From assembly GCA_002189035.1 (NCBI GenBank), contig NEEC01000012.1, forward strand, positions 1,860,001 to 1,924,000: 64,000 nucleotides of DNA. The letters are read 5' to 3'. The translations under genes and the position numbers were made by a program. Position 1 is the stretch's first letter. Every line of letters starts with the position of its first letter. Under the pieces are notes generated by a model, which did not search any database, was not told the origin of the DNA, and saw only the letters and a program-made list of their open reading frames with translations. Below are positions 1 through 13,190 of the stretch, one piece after another. Source of the stretch: Utricularia gibba (taxonomy: Eukaryota > Plantae > Magnoliophyta).

Positions 1-3000
1 TTTTTTTCTGAGTTCCTCCCTTTACATTTTTTACATCCCTCATTATCGAACATAGCTGAGCTGTCAATTCAGTTTGCCGCACCAAACTCTGCCAAGCTTA
101 AAACCATCCTCACTGGCATTTAAGCCTGAAGACATCTACAATGATAGATCATGTCAATCAAACTCACCAACGAGACAAAATACTCACAAGGAAGTTGAGC
201 ACTGAAAAATAGAACCCATTTTTCTGGGAGGACCTTTAATATACTTTCTTCCAAATTCTCGTAGGTGCTATAAAATCGTCTTGCATATACAGGATCATGG
301 AGTTCACTGCTACATACCACCGGAGAAAGCTAGCCAAGTCAATGTTTCTCATTGCTGTAAAATTGAAAAAGATTCGGATAAAAATATAACCAAAGAAATT
401 TGAAGTGGTATGAATGCGACCTTAGCACTTCAAACTTACATCGCTGAACAAGGAAATGACTAAGACGAGACTTATCAGAACGTTCAAAACGCAGTGCATG
501 GACCAACTGAAGAAGGTAGCACTGGAGCTCCCCATCATCAGCTCTTTCTAGAACACTCACAGCATATGCGCGGACCTGATGAAAAAGTCATACCATGGAT
601 CTCTTATGCCATTGAATTTATGAATCCAACTCAAATCAGCCATACTTTCAGCCAACAAACTGAGGTGATTATTGAATTTCATGAAGGCAATCATCTTGTA
701 GCCGAATTATGTGTACCAAATACTAACCAAGGATCTTTAAGTTAATGAACTGAAATGAATAAAACAGAACAAATATTAACTTCTTCACTCTCAAAAACTG
801 GTGATAGAAGCTCCAGCGCATCACAGACATCAATTGCTTCCCACTTGTTCATCAATTCCAAAGCCTGTTTGGCTTCCTGAGGAAAGAAGAAAAGGAAAAA
901 AGATCGCACTTAAAGGTTAATCAATTCAAAAAGACCAAACAAGAAGTTAAGGTTTATTTGCAATTTCCAGGAGCCAAATATTTGATAAATGCATTTGGAA
1001 TCTGAATGGCTTGATTTATCTTTTTGCCTTGAATTCATGAATTCCTTAATTAAATGGAGAATTCAACATGAATTTCAAGATAAAGTAGAATCACAAACCA
1101 AAAAGATAAAACACAGAATAACCCATAAATCTCCTTGCTCAGAGTTTTAAGAATACACGGATCTTCCCTCTTAAAAAAAGAAAAATAACGGCTCATGACA
1201 TAAAAACAAAGCAGTATCAAATCTTTGATGTGGTAATTTAAAAATGTCAGAAGAAGTATATGAGAAAACGCTTAAAAGTAAGGCTTATATGGTCATCAAC
1301 TCAACTACTGCACATCAAAATCATACCTGAACATCACTCCATTCAACACAGCGCAAAAATTTTGTCAGTGCCCTTTTATCAGACACCAATGAAAAACGAA
1401 ATTTCCAAAGGAGATGCTTCTCTTCTCCACTTAATGCCCTTGTTGGTGGATATTTAATATTCTCTGTATGGATCTATTAAATATCAGATGGTAAGTTGCT
1501 GACCCAAAAAGGCATAAATACATAGTAATTAGTGAAATCATTCCGGCGTTATAAGTCAAATCAATCAGCCATAAGCACCCACGTTAATTAAGAGATTTAC
1601 ATGAATGAGACATGCTTCATGGTCCACAAAAAGGATCACTGCATCTATGAAATTACAGTTGCATCCCTTAATGCATACGGTAGATGGCCAAAGTAAAGAA
1701 CATGCAGTGACAACAGGGCCAAAGATGGAAGAGCATCACGGGCTGAATTAGTAAAAAAATCATAAAACTTACTTTCTTTCTGTCGAGCTTGGTTTGAGGT
1801 CTTTATCAATAATTCCTCGATTTAAACTTCTTGCCAACTTAAGCTGCTTGTGTTCAGAAGGGTTGTTCTTTCCCACTTCAGGATCCCACACCATGACAAG
1901 CTCGTTTGTTGAAGCAATGGGAGATGGAATTAAGAATTTCGCACCTGACTCCTGTCCCTCACATAACAGTTAATTAAGTTTACGCATGCACCAGCAGATT
2001 TAGGAAAACTGTGGATTAAGTACCTGAAAAACTACTCGATGCTCAAAGCTGCAGAAATCAACAACAACATACAAATGAGCATTCCCATTTTTTAAGGTTT
2101 CTTGCTCCTTAATATTTTCCATAGCCTTGAATGTAAGCCGGTCCAGCCAATCAACTCTCTGAATTAACCCTCTCTCATACTTGTTTACAAGCTTCTCCAA
2201 ACGCTCCAATTCACCTCTCTCTTGTTTAGGGACCTAAGGTAGAAAACAAATTTCAGCGACTAAGGCATTTCGTATTCTAATTTGGAAAAGGAAGCGACAT
2301 CAGGTGATAATCTATTGAACCTTTCCAGGAGTAGTCGTGTTGATGGAACCATCTGCTTCTTTTCCCATCCAAAGTCTGAGCTTATGCTTCCCAGTTTTAA
2401 GCTGCTTTTCCTTGTTAAACAAATGAATTGCTGTCCCACCTACTATTTCCCCCTTGCCTCCACTTGAAACATCCCAGACCTTCACATGAATCCGAAAATC
2501 GAACTTGAATACAGAACACATGCTATAAGAGAAAACAGACATAGGCAAAGCACATTGGAGCTTACCGTGACAGCGAGTTGGGAACTCGCAGTCAAATCAC
2601 GGTATTTTGAACTCAGAGTAATTAGTTCATTCCAACAATATGACGACTCGATAGACACCAACCTATGATTTCATCACCATCACAACAAATGTTTTTTCCA
2701 TCAAATTAAAAAAAAAAAAAAAAAGCTAATAGATGCATCCATACAAAAATGTAACCTTGTTCTCATAGGGAGCCCAAATGGTTCCCCATCAATGTACAAC
2801 AAGCATTCCGCGTACAACTCTGGTTTTTTCTCCTCAACTGCACAGTCACCATCAGCTGAAGAAGACCAGTTTACAAAAATTCGATCAACATTCCACCGAG
2901 AACCCAACTAAAAGATGTAAAGGCTGCAAACGGGTAGCGTCCCGAAACAGCAGCAACTCAAAAACTCAAAACCGCAGAAACGCATTTAGCGATCAACCTG

Positions 3001-3147
3001 GGGCAGAGGCCCAGCAACCTGAACTCAATCAGCAATACCTGAATCTTCCGTTCTACGGTGAGGTACTTTTCCTTCCAATCGCTCAACCTTGAAGGTAACA
3101 GGAAGATTAATGTCGCAGGACAAGAAGAAACATTCGCTTCCGCCCAT
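1..3147 (-). CDS. VPS34: Phosphatidylinositol 3-kinase VPS34 (class III PI3K), 5' portion; multi-exon and runs off the left edge
   Basis: ATG at 3147 gives MGGSECFFLSCDINLPVTFKVERLEG. Later exons: EEKKPELYAECLLYIDGEPFGLPMRTRL, VWDVSSGGKGEIVGGTAIHLFNKEKQLKTGKHKLRLW, LEKLVNKYERGLIQRVDWLDRL, LERADDGELQCYLLQLVHALRFE. These are recognisable plant VPS34 C2 and PIK helical segments. Confidence 0.95.
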
Positions 3148-4191
3148 GCCCACGGATATTCTCTCCAGGTTACGATCGTCTGGCGTTGGCTAAACCACCA
3201 ATCCAGAGGTTTCAGAACACTAGAGACTCTTTAATAATCGATCATCCCAGGGAAAATTCAGTTCCCACTGTAGCAACAAGTTTTTTTTCCGGGAAGATAG
3301 CTGAAACCTGAAAATCGAAATCAAAGGTTCAATCTTTACCATCTGTGCCCTAGACCATAAAACCGCCCGGTCCAGCTCTCCAAAAACCCAGCCGGTTTTT
3401 CCAGTTTTTGACCGACTATTGACCAAACCACCTTTTTTTTTTTGGCCGCCCCCTTGGAATGAACGTGGGAAAATTAGCTTTTATAATTGAAAAATATACG
3501 TTAAATAATCAATTTTGATTTTTTAGAAACATATGTTCAACTCGAAATTAGAAACAATTCAATCCAAATCGAGGATTAAATTGAAGAATGAGTTTCATTT
3601 CTTTAAACAATAATTTTGTGTGAAATATTTTAAAATATAATAAAAGAATTAATGAAATGAATTTCAATGACTCTTAAAGAATTATTAATTCAAATTCAGG
3701 ATTAAATTTTTATTTACCGTTTTAGAACTTGTTCTATTCTAATAATTTACTAATTTATTCTCTTTCAAATTAAAAAATTCTTCTAAATTACCGTTTTTTA
3801 TTTATTCTAAAAATATATTTATATCATGTTATTAAATAATATAATAAATTTTATAGTATATATTTTAATTTAATTTAATTTAATAATATATTTTTATACT
3901 ATTACACAAAATATTTTTACAATATCAAAATTAATTCTATTCTATATAATTTGAAGTACAATTTTATTTTATAAAATAGTACCTTAGTATGATGCCATCA
4001 TAAACAAGGTTTTGTATTCATCCAAAAATTCAATGGTCCTCAAAGTTGATAAACCTTAATCATATTCTTTGCTTCTTCACTTGAAAAGGAATCATCTCCT
4101 TCACCTTTGCATCTGGCTACGAGTAGGCAGCATATATTCCAACCAAACCAAAAAAAAAAAAAAAAGCATTTCTCTGTGATTCTTCTTCCCC

Positions 4192-4954
4192 ATGAACAGA
4201 AGAAGCTCTGGATCAAGCAACGGCCTCTGGGCTCATCGGCCTCCATCTCCCCGACGGGTTTTCTCTCCTTCTTCTTGTCTGTGTTTTATTGAATAGTTGA
4301 ATACTCACTGTGTTCAAAACTGGCTTATTTTCAGTACCTCATCGGAAGAACAACTGATACATGGTGGTGGTTCGAGCAAACATTCATTGATCGGTATAAG
4401 TTTATGGGATGATATTTATGTTAAAATTTAAATCTGATGGATCGGATAAACACACACGTTAAGCTTAATTACATAAAAAACATAGATTATAATATAAAAA
4501 ATTAGACTCAATTAATTTGTAGTGATTATAATTTTTTATATATCAGTTTGATAATATGTAAGTTTGTGTATTCTAATAATTTGAAATTACTTATACCATA
4601 GAACAAATCTTTTTTTTTTTTTTTCTTGAACAGATCCCCGGCGCCGCTGGTGCCGCACTCCGATGAATCAAGAATTGGGGTGGAGCAGCAGCAGCAGCAG
4701 GTGCAGAACAGCGGTCTGAGGAGGAGTTCTACAGACCCCATCTCAACAACATCATCAAAAGGCTTGGGAGGAACGATGGTGTGGATGAGGAGGAGTGGGA
4801 GAGCTGCGCCATCTGCCTGGAGGACTTCGATACGCGGCAGTTCGTGATGGTGACGCCGTGCAACCACATGTTCCACCGTCACTGCATCGCTACCTGGATG
4901 AAGGGTAATCGTAGATGCCCCGTTTGCAGGGCTCCCGTCGGTGCCACCCCATGA
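4192..4954 (+). CDS. Small RING-H2 (C3H2C3) E3 ligase-like gene, three predicted exons (4192-4257, 4335-4393, 4634-4954), apparent 1-bp frameshift at 4677-4680
   Basis: One + frame encodes CAICLEDFDTRQFVMVTPCNHMFHRHCIATWMKGNRRCPVCR, stop 4952-4954. GT-AG introns join the upstream exons in frame. One extra G in the G4 run at 4677-4680 gives a continuous ORF (RIGGGAAAAAGAEQRSEEEFYRPH). The RING domain is solid; the upstream exons are less certain. Confidence 0.7.
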
Positions 4955-6124
4955 AAAAACCACTCCACATGATACACATGATAGTGGTTATATTATATGA
5001 TATATTAATATATAAAAAATTACAGATTATTAATAATTGATTAAGTTTAATTTTTTTAATATAATTTATATTGTTATATAATTAGATTTTATATGTAATT
5101 ATGTGATACAGTAAATATTGAACTATTTGGTTGAACTTTTGAAAAACAAAAAAAAAATAAAAAAAATTCCTCAAAAAATGAGAAAAAGAGGATACATCAT
5201 TCCACAAAAATTCTATTATAACCAAATCAATGAATATAATTATAAGTTGATAAATAATATTATGGTTGTGTACCTTCACCTCCATTTAGAGTTCTCATTA
5301 CCATCATCATAGTCGTGTATGTTTCCTTCACGACATTCTAAGGGAAGATAACGTTATAATATTGTAAGAAGAAATTAGGAATCCAAAACTTGGTCTAATC
5401 TTGCATTGTTGTAATTAATTCCTAGTCTTACAAGGTAGCGGTAGACTTGACTGGCTATCGTAATTTTACGAATTCGAGTACATTTTATTCGATTGTTATT
5501 GTTCTATAAAAGATGATCTCCCTTTTAATTATAATATTGGGATAAGAAATTAGGAATCCAAAACTTGAGTTAAACTTACATTTTATTCCTAGTCTTGTAT
5601 TGTTGCAACCAATTCTTAAACTTACATAACACCAGAAAGTAGTAGACTTAACTTGATCTCTTAATTTTATGAATTCGATTGCACTATAACACGCTATCAA
5701 AAGAAAAGGGTTTGTCAATTTTCCCAAATGGCAGGGACCAGCATCCTCCTCTACCCATTTTCGAGCATTATCAGTCAGTTAGATAACTTCCATCAAAATC
5801 ATAGAACATGAATACAGTAATTCCTTTACTAAGTAATTTATGAAAAATAAAAACAATTATTTAAATATAATATAAAATTTTTAATAGTTTTTATAAAAGT
5901 TATTGAATCTAATTCAAAAAATCATAGATTTAGATTGAATTGGATTTTAAAACAATGACCTCACCCCTTAATGCATGCAATGCATTATAGTGATGAGAAA
6001 CCTGAAATGACAACTAACCATAAACACAAATGCTTTTGTGTAGGTACATGTTTCTCCTACAAGGCTTTCCTGATCCATTTTACAGCAGGAAAGGAGGTCG
6101 CCAATGTGGGTGTGAGTAGTAACA

Positions 6125-9100
6125 TCATATCATCTTCTCAATGTCGTCCATTCTCTTCACCCTCTGCATTGATCTGATAACTAGACCAAGGAAGATACCT
6201 GCAGACACCACCATTACCACATAATCAACCTTTCAGAAGGACCGCCAGTCGCAACACTTGGTTGTTGCAGCTTTTCAGAAGCATTTCTGCCTCATGTTGT
6301 TTCATAGAGTTGGATAAGAACTAAGATAAAACAAGGTTATACTGATATCACAACTCACCACCCCCAATCAAAGCGACCTTCGATATGATGGCATAAGCGT
6401 CCTGGCTGCTCAAGCTCACCCCAATGTTAAACAGAGTACCCCTACCACTGTATGTATGGTTGCCATCTGCAGGATTGTTGCCTTCCGAGCTGCTCTCTCT
6501 GACTGAAAAACCAACATACCCATCAGTTCTTACGTGATTTGCTTATCTGGATAAAAAGTTGTATGCTCAAGGACGTGGATTATCCTTGGTGGGCTATAAG
6601 AGATTTCATTTGAAGAAGGTAAACCTCAAACCCAGATCGTGGATATAAAAAAAATAATATCAAGAGGAAGGTAAGCCTGAATCATGATTTTTATTTTGGG
6701 AGGTCATTTTGGCTCTAGTGCTGGGACTCTTACTACAGAAGTTAAGAGAGCAACATTTTTACCTCTAGCACTCGGATTCGGAGCTTGAGATCTCCTGTTT
6801 CAAGCTGATTCACTACATCTTCAATCTTCTTGATCCGTGAAGGCATTGAGATTGTGGAAAGCCTTGCCTGATAGATGATGCAAAATCAGTGTCTTGCCAT
6901 TAATCAGAGGGACACTGCTTCCTGTACTTCAATAGTTTATGAGGAGATTAGTTTACATCATCAGCTTGTTTCGTTAGCTCTTGAACAACCCGTGGTCCAG
7001 TATGTTTTTGCTGTATTGAACTTGATAGCTCCTGCCAGAGTTGAGTTCATGTAAGAGTTGAGAAAGGGATTAAGTGATTTCTGTAAGAAATGACGCAGAA
7101 CCTTCACGTAAGGAGCTGCAATCTCCGCAAAAGAAAAGTTGGGATTTAGACTGTATCCAATGCCTGCATGAGAAGAAAATGTTCAGTCCTCCAGCGGTAA
7201 GATAATACTCATCACCCAGGGATAAAGCAGAGGCATCACCTTCGACTGTTGAAAAAGCTTTTAATAGAAATATCAAGTTGGCAGGAAACCGGAACGAGTG
7301 ATCTGTTGCTATCGCCAGTAAATCCTGAAACAAAATCCTATCCCCATGTAGCATTTTTCGAGAACACCATGGAGAATTTTAAGTTTGAGAGCAACAGTAT
7401 TTCATAAAATGGAAACCAAGATGTGAATGTTGAAATAATTATTTAGTTTCCAGTTCTCAATATTTTGTACAGCATTCAAAGAGGGGCTGGTACCTCGCCA
7501 ATAGCTGATAGCATTTGCTGCTGATCAGGTCTTTTAGTTCGCAGATTATCCAACAAAAACTGTAGAAATTTTCTGACCTAAAACCAAAATAAAGATTAAA
7601 TATTAAAAATAATATCATAATCGAAGATTAGCCTTTGGTGAAAGCCATCTGACAGTATATGCATTAAAAGAACAGAGGAGTTGTTAATACAGATGACATG
7701 TCCCCGTTTCGTTGAAGCACTCCAAGATCCAATAGAATATCCATCACCTACAGTTTTTCATTAGATAAAAAGCTTCAATTATTCTCCATTAGGTCCGAAA
7801 CATCAGCTTCGTCTGCGGAGCATAACAAACGCAAGGTATGCAATCCATACTACACACATCAGCGAAGGAATGCATGAACTTGAACCTTTTTTACGTCCTT
7901 CTCATAGGCAGCATAGAAAAGATCAAGTAACTTCTCCCTGGTAAAATTCTTGATTTCTCCCATCATTCCATAGTCATAAAATATCAGGGATTCATCCACA
8001 TCAATAGCAAGATTTCCAGGGTGAGGGTCAGCATGAAAAAATCCAGTCTTAAGAATCTGAGACAGGGGAGTGGTCAATATAGTTATTAAACAGGAAACAT
8101 ACATATTGCAATATAAATTGCCATATGGCTCACCTGAATTAAGTAAGCTTCAGTGGAGCGTGATGAAATAGTCGCACGATTATAACCCCGTGCATCTATC
8201 ACATCGAGCTGGTTTATCTTGACGCCTAAATGCAATCCAATGTGCACAAAAAACCATCTTGGTTATATTTCTTTCATGGGAATAGGTGCGCAATGTTTCA
8301 AGAACAAGCAAGCCATTATCAAAAATAAGAAGTACCGGAACATATTCTGATGTCAGGACCTTTGATGATGTGTAGTCCCAGTATACCATCTAGGATGAAC
8401 CCCAAAAAAAGTCTTAAATCAGTTTTTGACACAGTACAGCTAAATGATGGTGAAAGCGGGAGAGATCATTTTCTAAAGAAGACTTACAGGTACTCGAACC
8501 CACTTTACATTGCGAAAGTCCCGACGAAATCTGTCAGCATTTTTTCCCTCTTTCACATAATCTATTTCTTGGTACAAGATCCTAGATATTACCCCAATGG
8601 AAAAGATATAAGTCATCGGATCTGGATCACCAGGATATCATCTGTATGATGATTTACAAATCTCTTGCAAACAAAAGCACTCACGCAGTTGTATAACTTA
8701 CTTTTCACATTCTTCATATATTTCAATCCAATCCCTGCCGCCAAGTGTTTCACTGCTCTGGAAGTACTCCGCGATCAGCTTTAAGTTTTCTACATTACAA
8801 TGATCACGCATTTCAGAAAACAAGCAATCAAAAACGAAGAAGCAAGAACAAGTAACCAAAATTACTAGAACTCACTGCAATCAATGTCAAAAAGCTTTCT
8901 TAGGCCAGGTCTTTGAACCTTCACAGCTACTTTCTGTCCACTGTGCAGGACAGCTCGATGTACCTAAAACAAATACAAAAATAAAGATTAAATTGAACAT
9001 GAGCAGGAGGGAAAAAAATAGGTATATCTTCTTGAAAATATGCACGTTTCTAGGGGAGAATATCCTTTCAACACAGGCAGTTAAACGTGATCGTATTTAC

Positions 9101-10070
9101 TCTTATTGCATATAGCCATTAATTTCCACCTCAAGGAAAGATGGAAACAGAAGTAAACACCTGTCCAAGACTGGCAGCTGCAATTGGCAAGTCTTCGAAC
9201 TCCTTGAACAAGAGATGTATAGGTGCACCCAACTCATTTTGAATGCAAATCTTTGCCCTAGCAGGTGAAAATGCAGGCACGCTATCCTGAATTATAAACC
9301 GAACTGTAAAGATATGTCCCAAATCCTGAATCATAGTTAGTCTACCTATTGATGAAGCAAACCTGCAATTTGGCAAGTTCTTCCACAAATTCTCTAGGGA
9401 ACAGATCAGATCTAGTGGAAAGTAACTGGCCGAGCTTAATAAATGTCGGTCCAAGTTGCACAACACGTTCTCTTACCCATACAGCTGTTCGTCTTCTTCT
9501 CTTTTCCTGAAGACCACATGGATCATACGCCAAAAGTCCAAATGCATATATATTACCAGGAAGAAACTGCTTCATATTCTACAGCAAGCTCACCCGCTTA
9601 TCTTCAGTGAATCCTCCTATGTATGTCAACTTTGCATCATCCAACAGAACAAGGACCCGAAGTGAAAGAACAAAGGCCCATACATCTATACTTCTCTGGA
9701 CTGAGTTATACCTTTCATTTGACCAACTGAAACCTTCCCTTACGGGTAATACTTTTTCATCCTCATTCCCTTGTGACGCTGGTGGAGCTCTATTTACATC
9801 CTTTTGTTCACTTTTGAAAGGCGAGATCTGTTTGTTGACCTCGGAAATTGGAAGCATTTTATTTGCATGTCCATTTATACCACTTTTTTTGAGCAGTTCA
9901 GCATTCTGCATTTTAGAGTACAACCTCCAGCGTCCTCTTCTGGTAGTTGGAGCCACTCTGTACAACTTGACATACTTTGTCCTTAAATGCCAAGGACTTC
10001 CTTCGACGTTCTGATGATTCAGTAGCTTATCAGATGACAAAAATGTTTCTGAAACCAATGTTGGCGCCAT
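6125..10070 (-). CDS. ABC1K7: ABC1/COQ8-like atypical kinase, plastid ABC1K7/SIA1 type; multi-exon, apparent 1-bp frameshift in the penultimate exon (~6439-6442)
   Basis: FSWSNERYNSVQRSIDVWAFVLSLR, VRERVVQLGPTFIKLGQLLSTRSDLFPREFVEELAKLQ, PIAAASLGQV, VAVKVQRPG, ILYQEIDY, GFFHADPHPGNLAID, and C-terminus GIFLGLVIRSMQRVKRMDDIEKMI* (stop 6125-6127). Confidence 0.92.
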
Positions 10071-12362
10071 CCAAGGGGTATGATCTGAGAAATGACTATT
10101 AAAACAATTAAAACATGAGCGGCTCAGCTCAGGTATTGAGGAACAACGGAGAGACTGGCCTGAACATTATAGACCAAACTCCCCTAAGCTCATATGCCCA
10201 ATCAAATATTACCTTGGCGTCTACCGAGCATCATTAACAAAATTGAATAACTTCAATGAAAAAAAAATTGATGGATTTGCTCCATCCTTAACTGTTACTT
10301 GAAACAAATAAGTAAACCTCTTATCATCCTCTAGTAATGCAGAAGTCAGAAACAATTCGTAGATCGTAAAAGACTTGCACCGCTGACAAAGCTCAGCTTC
10401 CCTTGATACATCATCAACGAGAAGGCAAGAAAAACTAACCTTTCAGTGCGAAATGAACGGAGAAAGACAGAGAATGATGCCACTGCACAGATCTCTGCCC
10501 CCCTTCGAAAATTTACATGAAGTTAAAACAAATTGTTTATGAGCACGCAAGAAGAGAGCTTCTTCAAGTCAAAGCAGGTGGTACACGGGATATGATCACT
10601 GTCATACATTTCAAATTATGAATCTTACACGTCTCATAAAAAAAAAGAAAATTGCTTCTGCAAGTGAATCGCTTGCCTTAGCAAGCAAACGATTGCGTTT
10701 AGAAATGATATACGGCATGAAACTTCCTTGGACCAAAGTACCCCAAGTAGTCGACGAAAAAAACTGTCGAAATCATGGGTTGATCGCAATGAAAGAACAG
10801 CCAAAACCAGTCCCTATTTTGCGAAAGAGCAATCATTCAGGTTGCCAATGACGAATCCATTTTACGTCCCATAATCGGAAGCAAATTCAATAATTGAAAC
10901 TAACAATCATTATTAGTAATGAATCTCCAGTACTCTTACTGCTACAGAATAGTTCAAGCAAGAACAAGAGCACCGACAGTTGGCGCCAGAAACACGAACA
11001 CCAGATATTGAAACTCCCAATGCTTGTCCTGTGGTTCCCGTGGAAGAAAATCAGGACGGCATTTCATCATCTTTGTACTGTACACCATAAACGAAATCAG
11101 CGCCGATGGATTTTGGACATTGACGAAGCGTCGATAGAACGCAGCCCGGCTCTTCCAATCTGTGCAGATTGAAAGCCATTTTACCCGGCACCAAGGGCGG
11201 CGATTGAAGTTCAAACGCTGGGCAATGGCATCCCACCTCAGTCTGCGCCATTGCCCGGCTTGGGAGTTTTTTTCCATGGAAAAATTTCAAAATTTGGTCC
11301 CTCACGTTTCATCAATTTCCACTTTTGGTCTCTATATTTCAAAATATTATTTTTAGAGAATTATTTTAATAAAAAAATCTGGTTTTTACAATTTTTTAAA
11401 GATTTACACATTTTTTGAAAAAGAAATGATAATAAAACCTTTTTGACATTTTGCAAATAACACACCAAAATAAAACTGTCTCGGGCCAGGTCCATTTGCT
11501 TAGCCGGCCGGGTCTTTTCTTTTGAAGCCCAGATCCATTCCTTTCGGGCATGTCCATTAATTTGAACTCATTAATCGGTTAAATTTTATTATTTTTTAAA
11601 TGGGAATCTGATATTAATAGAACCATTCTTTGAAAATTGGATTCAACCCATTTTTCAATTTATTCATGATTTTAAATTAAATCGTTTTTATAATAAATTA
11701 ATCAAAAATTATTATAAAATATTACGAAAAATAAAACATATTATATAAATTCATTTATTGCGATTTTTTTTATAAACATTGTTAAATTTAAAGTAATGTT
11801 TTGAAAAATTTTTAAAACCTATTTCTATTTTTCAGAAGTATAAATAGTTTTGTTTTAAAACAATTTTAATCATAAAAATAATTCTATCAAAAATACTTTT
11901 AAAATTATAACTACAAAAATTATTTTTAGAAAAATAATGAATTGGTTACTTTTATTTTTTATTTATACTTATCAAAAGTAATTTTAAAAAATAAAAATAA
12001 ATTTTAAAAATTTTCTAAAATATTGCTTAACTCTCTCATTCCATCGGAAATTTTAAAACACGATATAGCTGATTCTCTTACATCACATACAAGAACGAGC
12101 AAAAACCGCACGAAAGAAGAAGCCCTGGGTGGAGCTTCCATCTTTTCTGGGAGGACGCAGACGCCGCACCAGCATTGATCCTCTGCATCATCGTGACGAC
12201 TGCAGAACTCCACGCTTTGCAGTGCAGAGATGACAGCAGCAGGAACAGGCAACTGCATGCTGTGTATATTCATGGCGTTCAAATCTCTTAGAGTATGTAG
12301 CAGTATATGTACACTGTGCACTGTGTTGCCAACTTGTTGTCGCCGTCGTGGTGCAACTGGGT

Positions 12363-13190
12363 TCATGGTTCCAGCTTCAGGGACACGACTCGAGACTGCC
12401 GGTTACGCTTGGCAGCCCGGTTGAATGCAGCGGCAAGGCAGGGCGGTGCCCACCATGGCCGTCGCACCCTTTGATCCCCTTTCAAGCAGGCCACTGAAAC
12501 ACAAGAATGGCTCAGCAAAACCAATGGCATTGTCAGGCATCATCACAAAAATGAATTGGCAGTACTGAAAAATAGCAGATCAGAGTCAGCTAGACGTTTA
12601 AGACACAAAATGCGAGGGCAAGTGAAATGTGGGATGGGACCTTTTATTCGTCTAAGTTCTCTGCATAGGATTGTGAAATCCCCCCACTTCATGTGACACT
12701 TCCTTATGAATCGCAGTATCTGCTCGGTTGTGAACATCGACATACCTTCCAAATACTCACCATTGACCCCATTTTCTTTGAAAATTTGTCGATAGCCACC
12801 AAGATTAATCTCTTCTAGCCACAGGCCAACATCCTGATCAGGAACACAGAATCAACACTTCCGTCATGTACTCACACTGGCACAACGGAAGTAAGCGATC
12901 ATCAACAGCTCCATTGCGAATGAACATGAAAAATCTTTCGTATACGAGGGTGGAAAAAAGATGAAACTTAGTTCTATCCACAACAATAACGACAAATTAA
13001 AGATCTGGTTTCCCACAATCGGGGACCGGCACCGACATGACGCAGATTCTAGAGATTTAAAAAAAATGGCCTTGGGTTTCAGAATCACGTTTCTAGAACG
13101 AAAAAGAGAGGGCAAGAGATCAAATACCGCAACACTCCAAATGAAGAAATCGATAGGCTCCGGTGTCAACTTCTCTTTGTCCTTGCTCAT
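12363..13190 (-). CDS. Small sterile alpha motif (SAM) domain protein, 3 exons
   Basis: Spliced product MSKDKEKLTPEPIDFFIWSVA-DVGLWLEEINLGGYRQIFKENGVNGEYLEGMSMFTTEQILRFIRKCHMKWGDFTILCRELRRIK-VACLKGDQRVRRPWWAPPCL...RQSRVVSLKLEP*, matching the conserved small plant SAM protein family. Confidence 0.92.

Noticed and set aside
4526-4963. 145-aa minus-strand ORF
   Set aside because: Antisense shadow of the plus-strand RING-H2 exon; its tail runs into intronic poly-A/T.
10618-11356. Several 60-107 aa ORFs upstream of ABC1K7
   Set aside because: No recognisable homology; most likely 5' UTR, intron or promoter sequence of ABC1K7.
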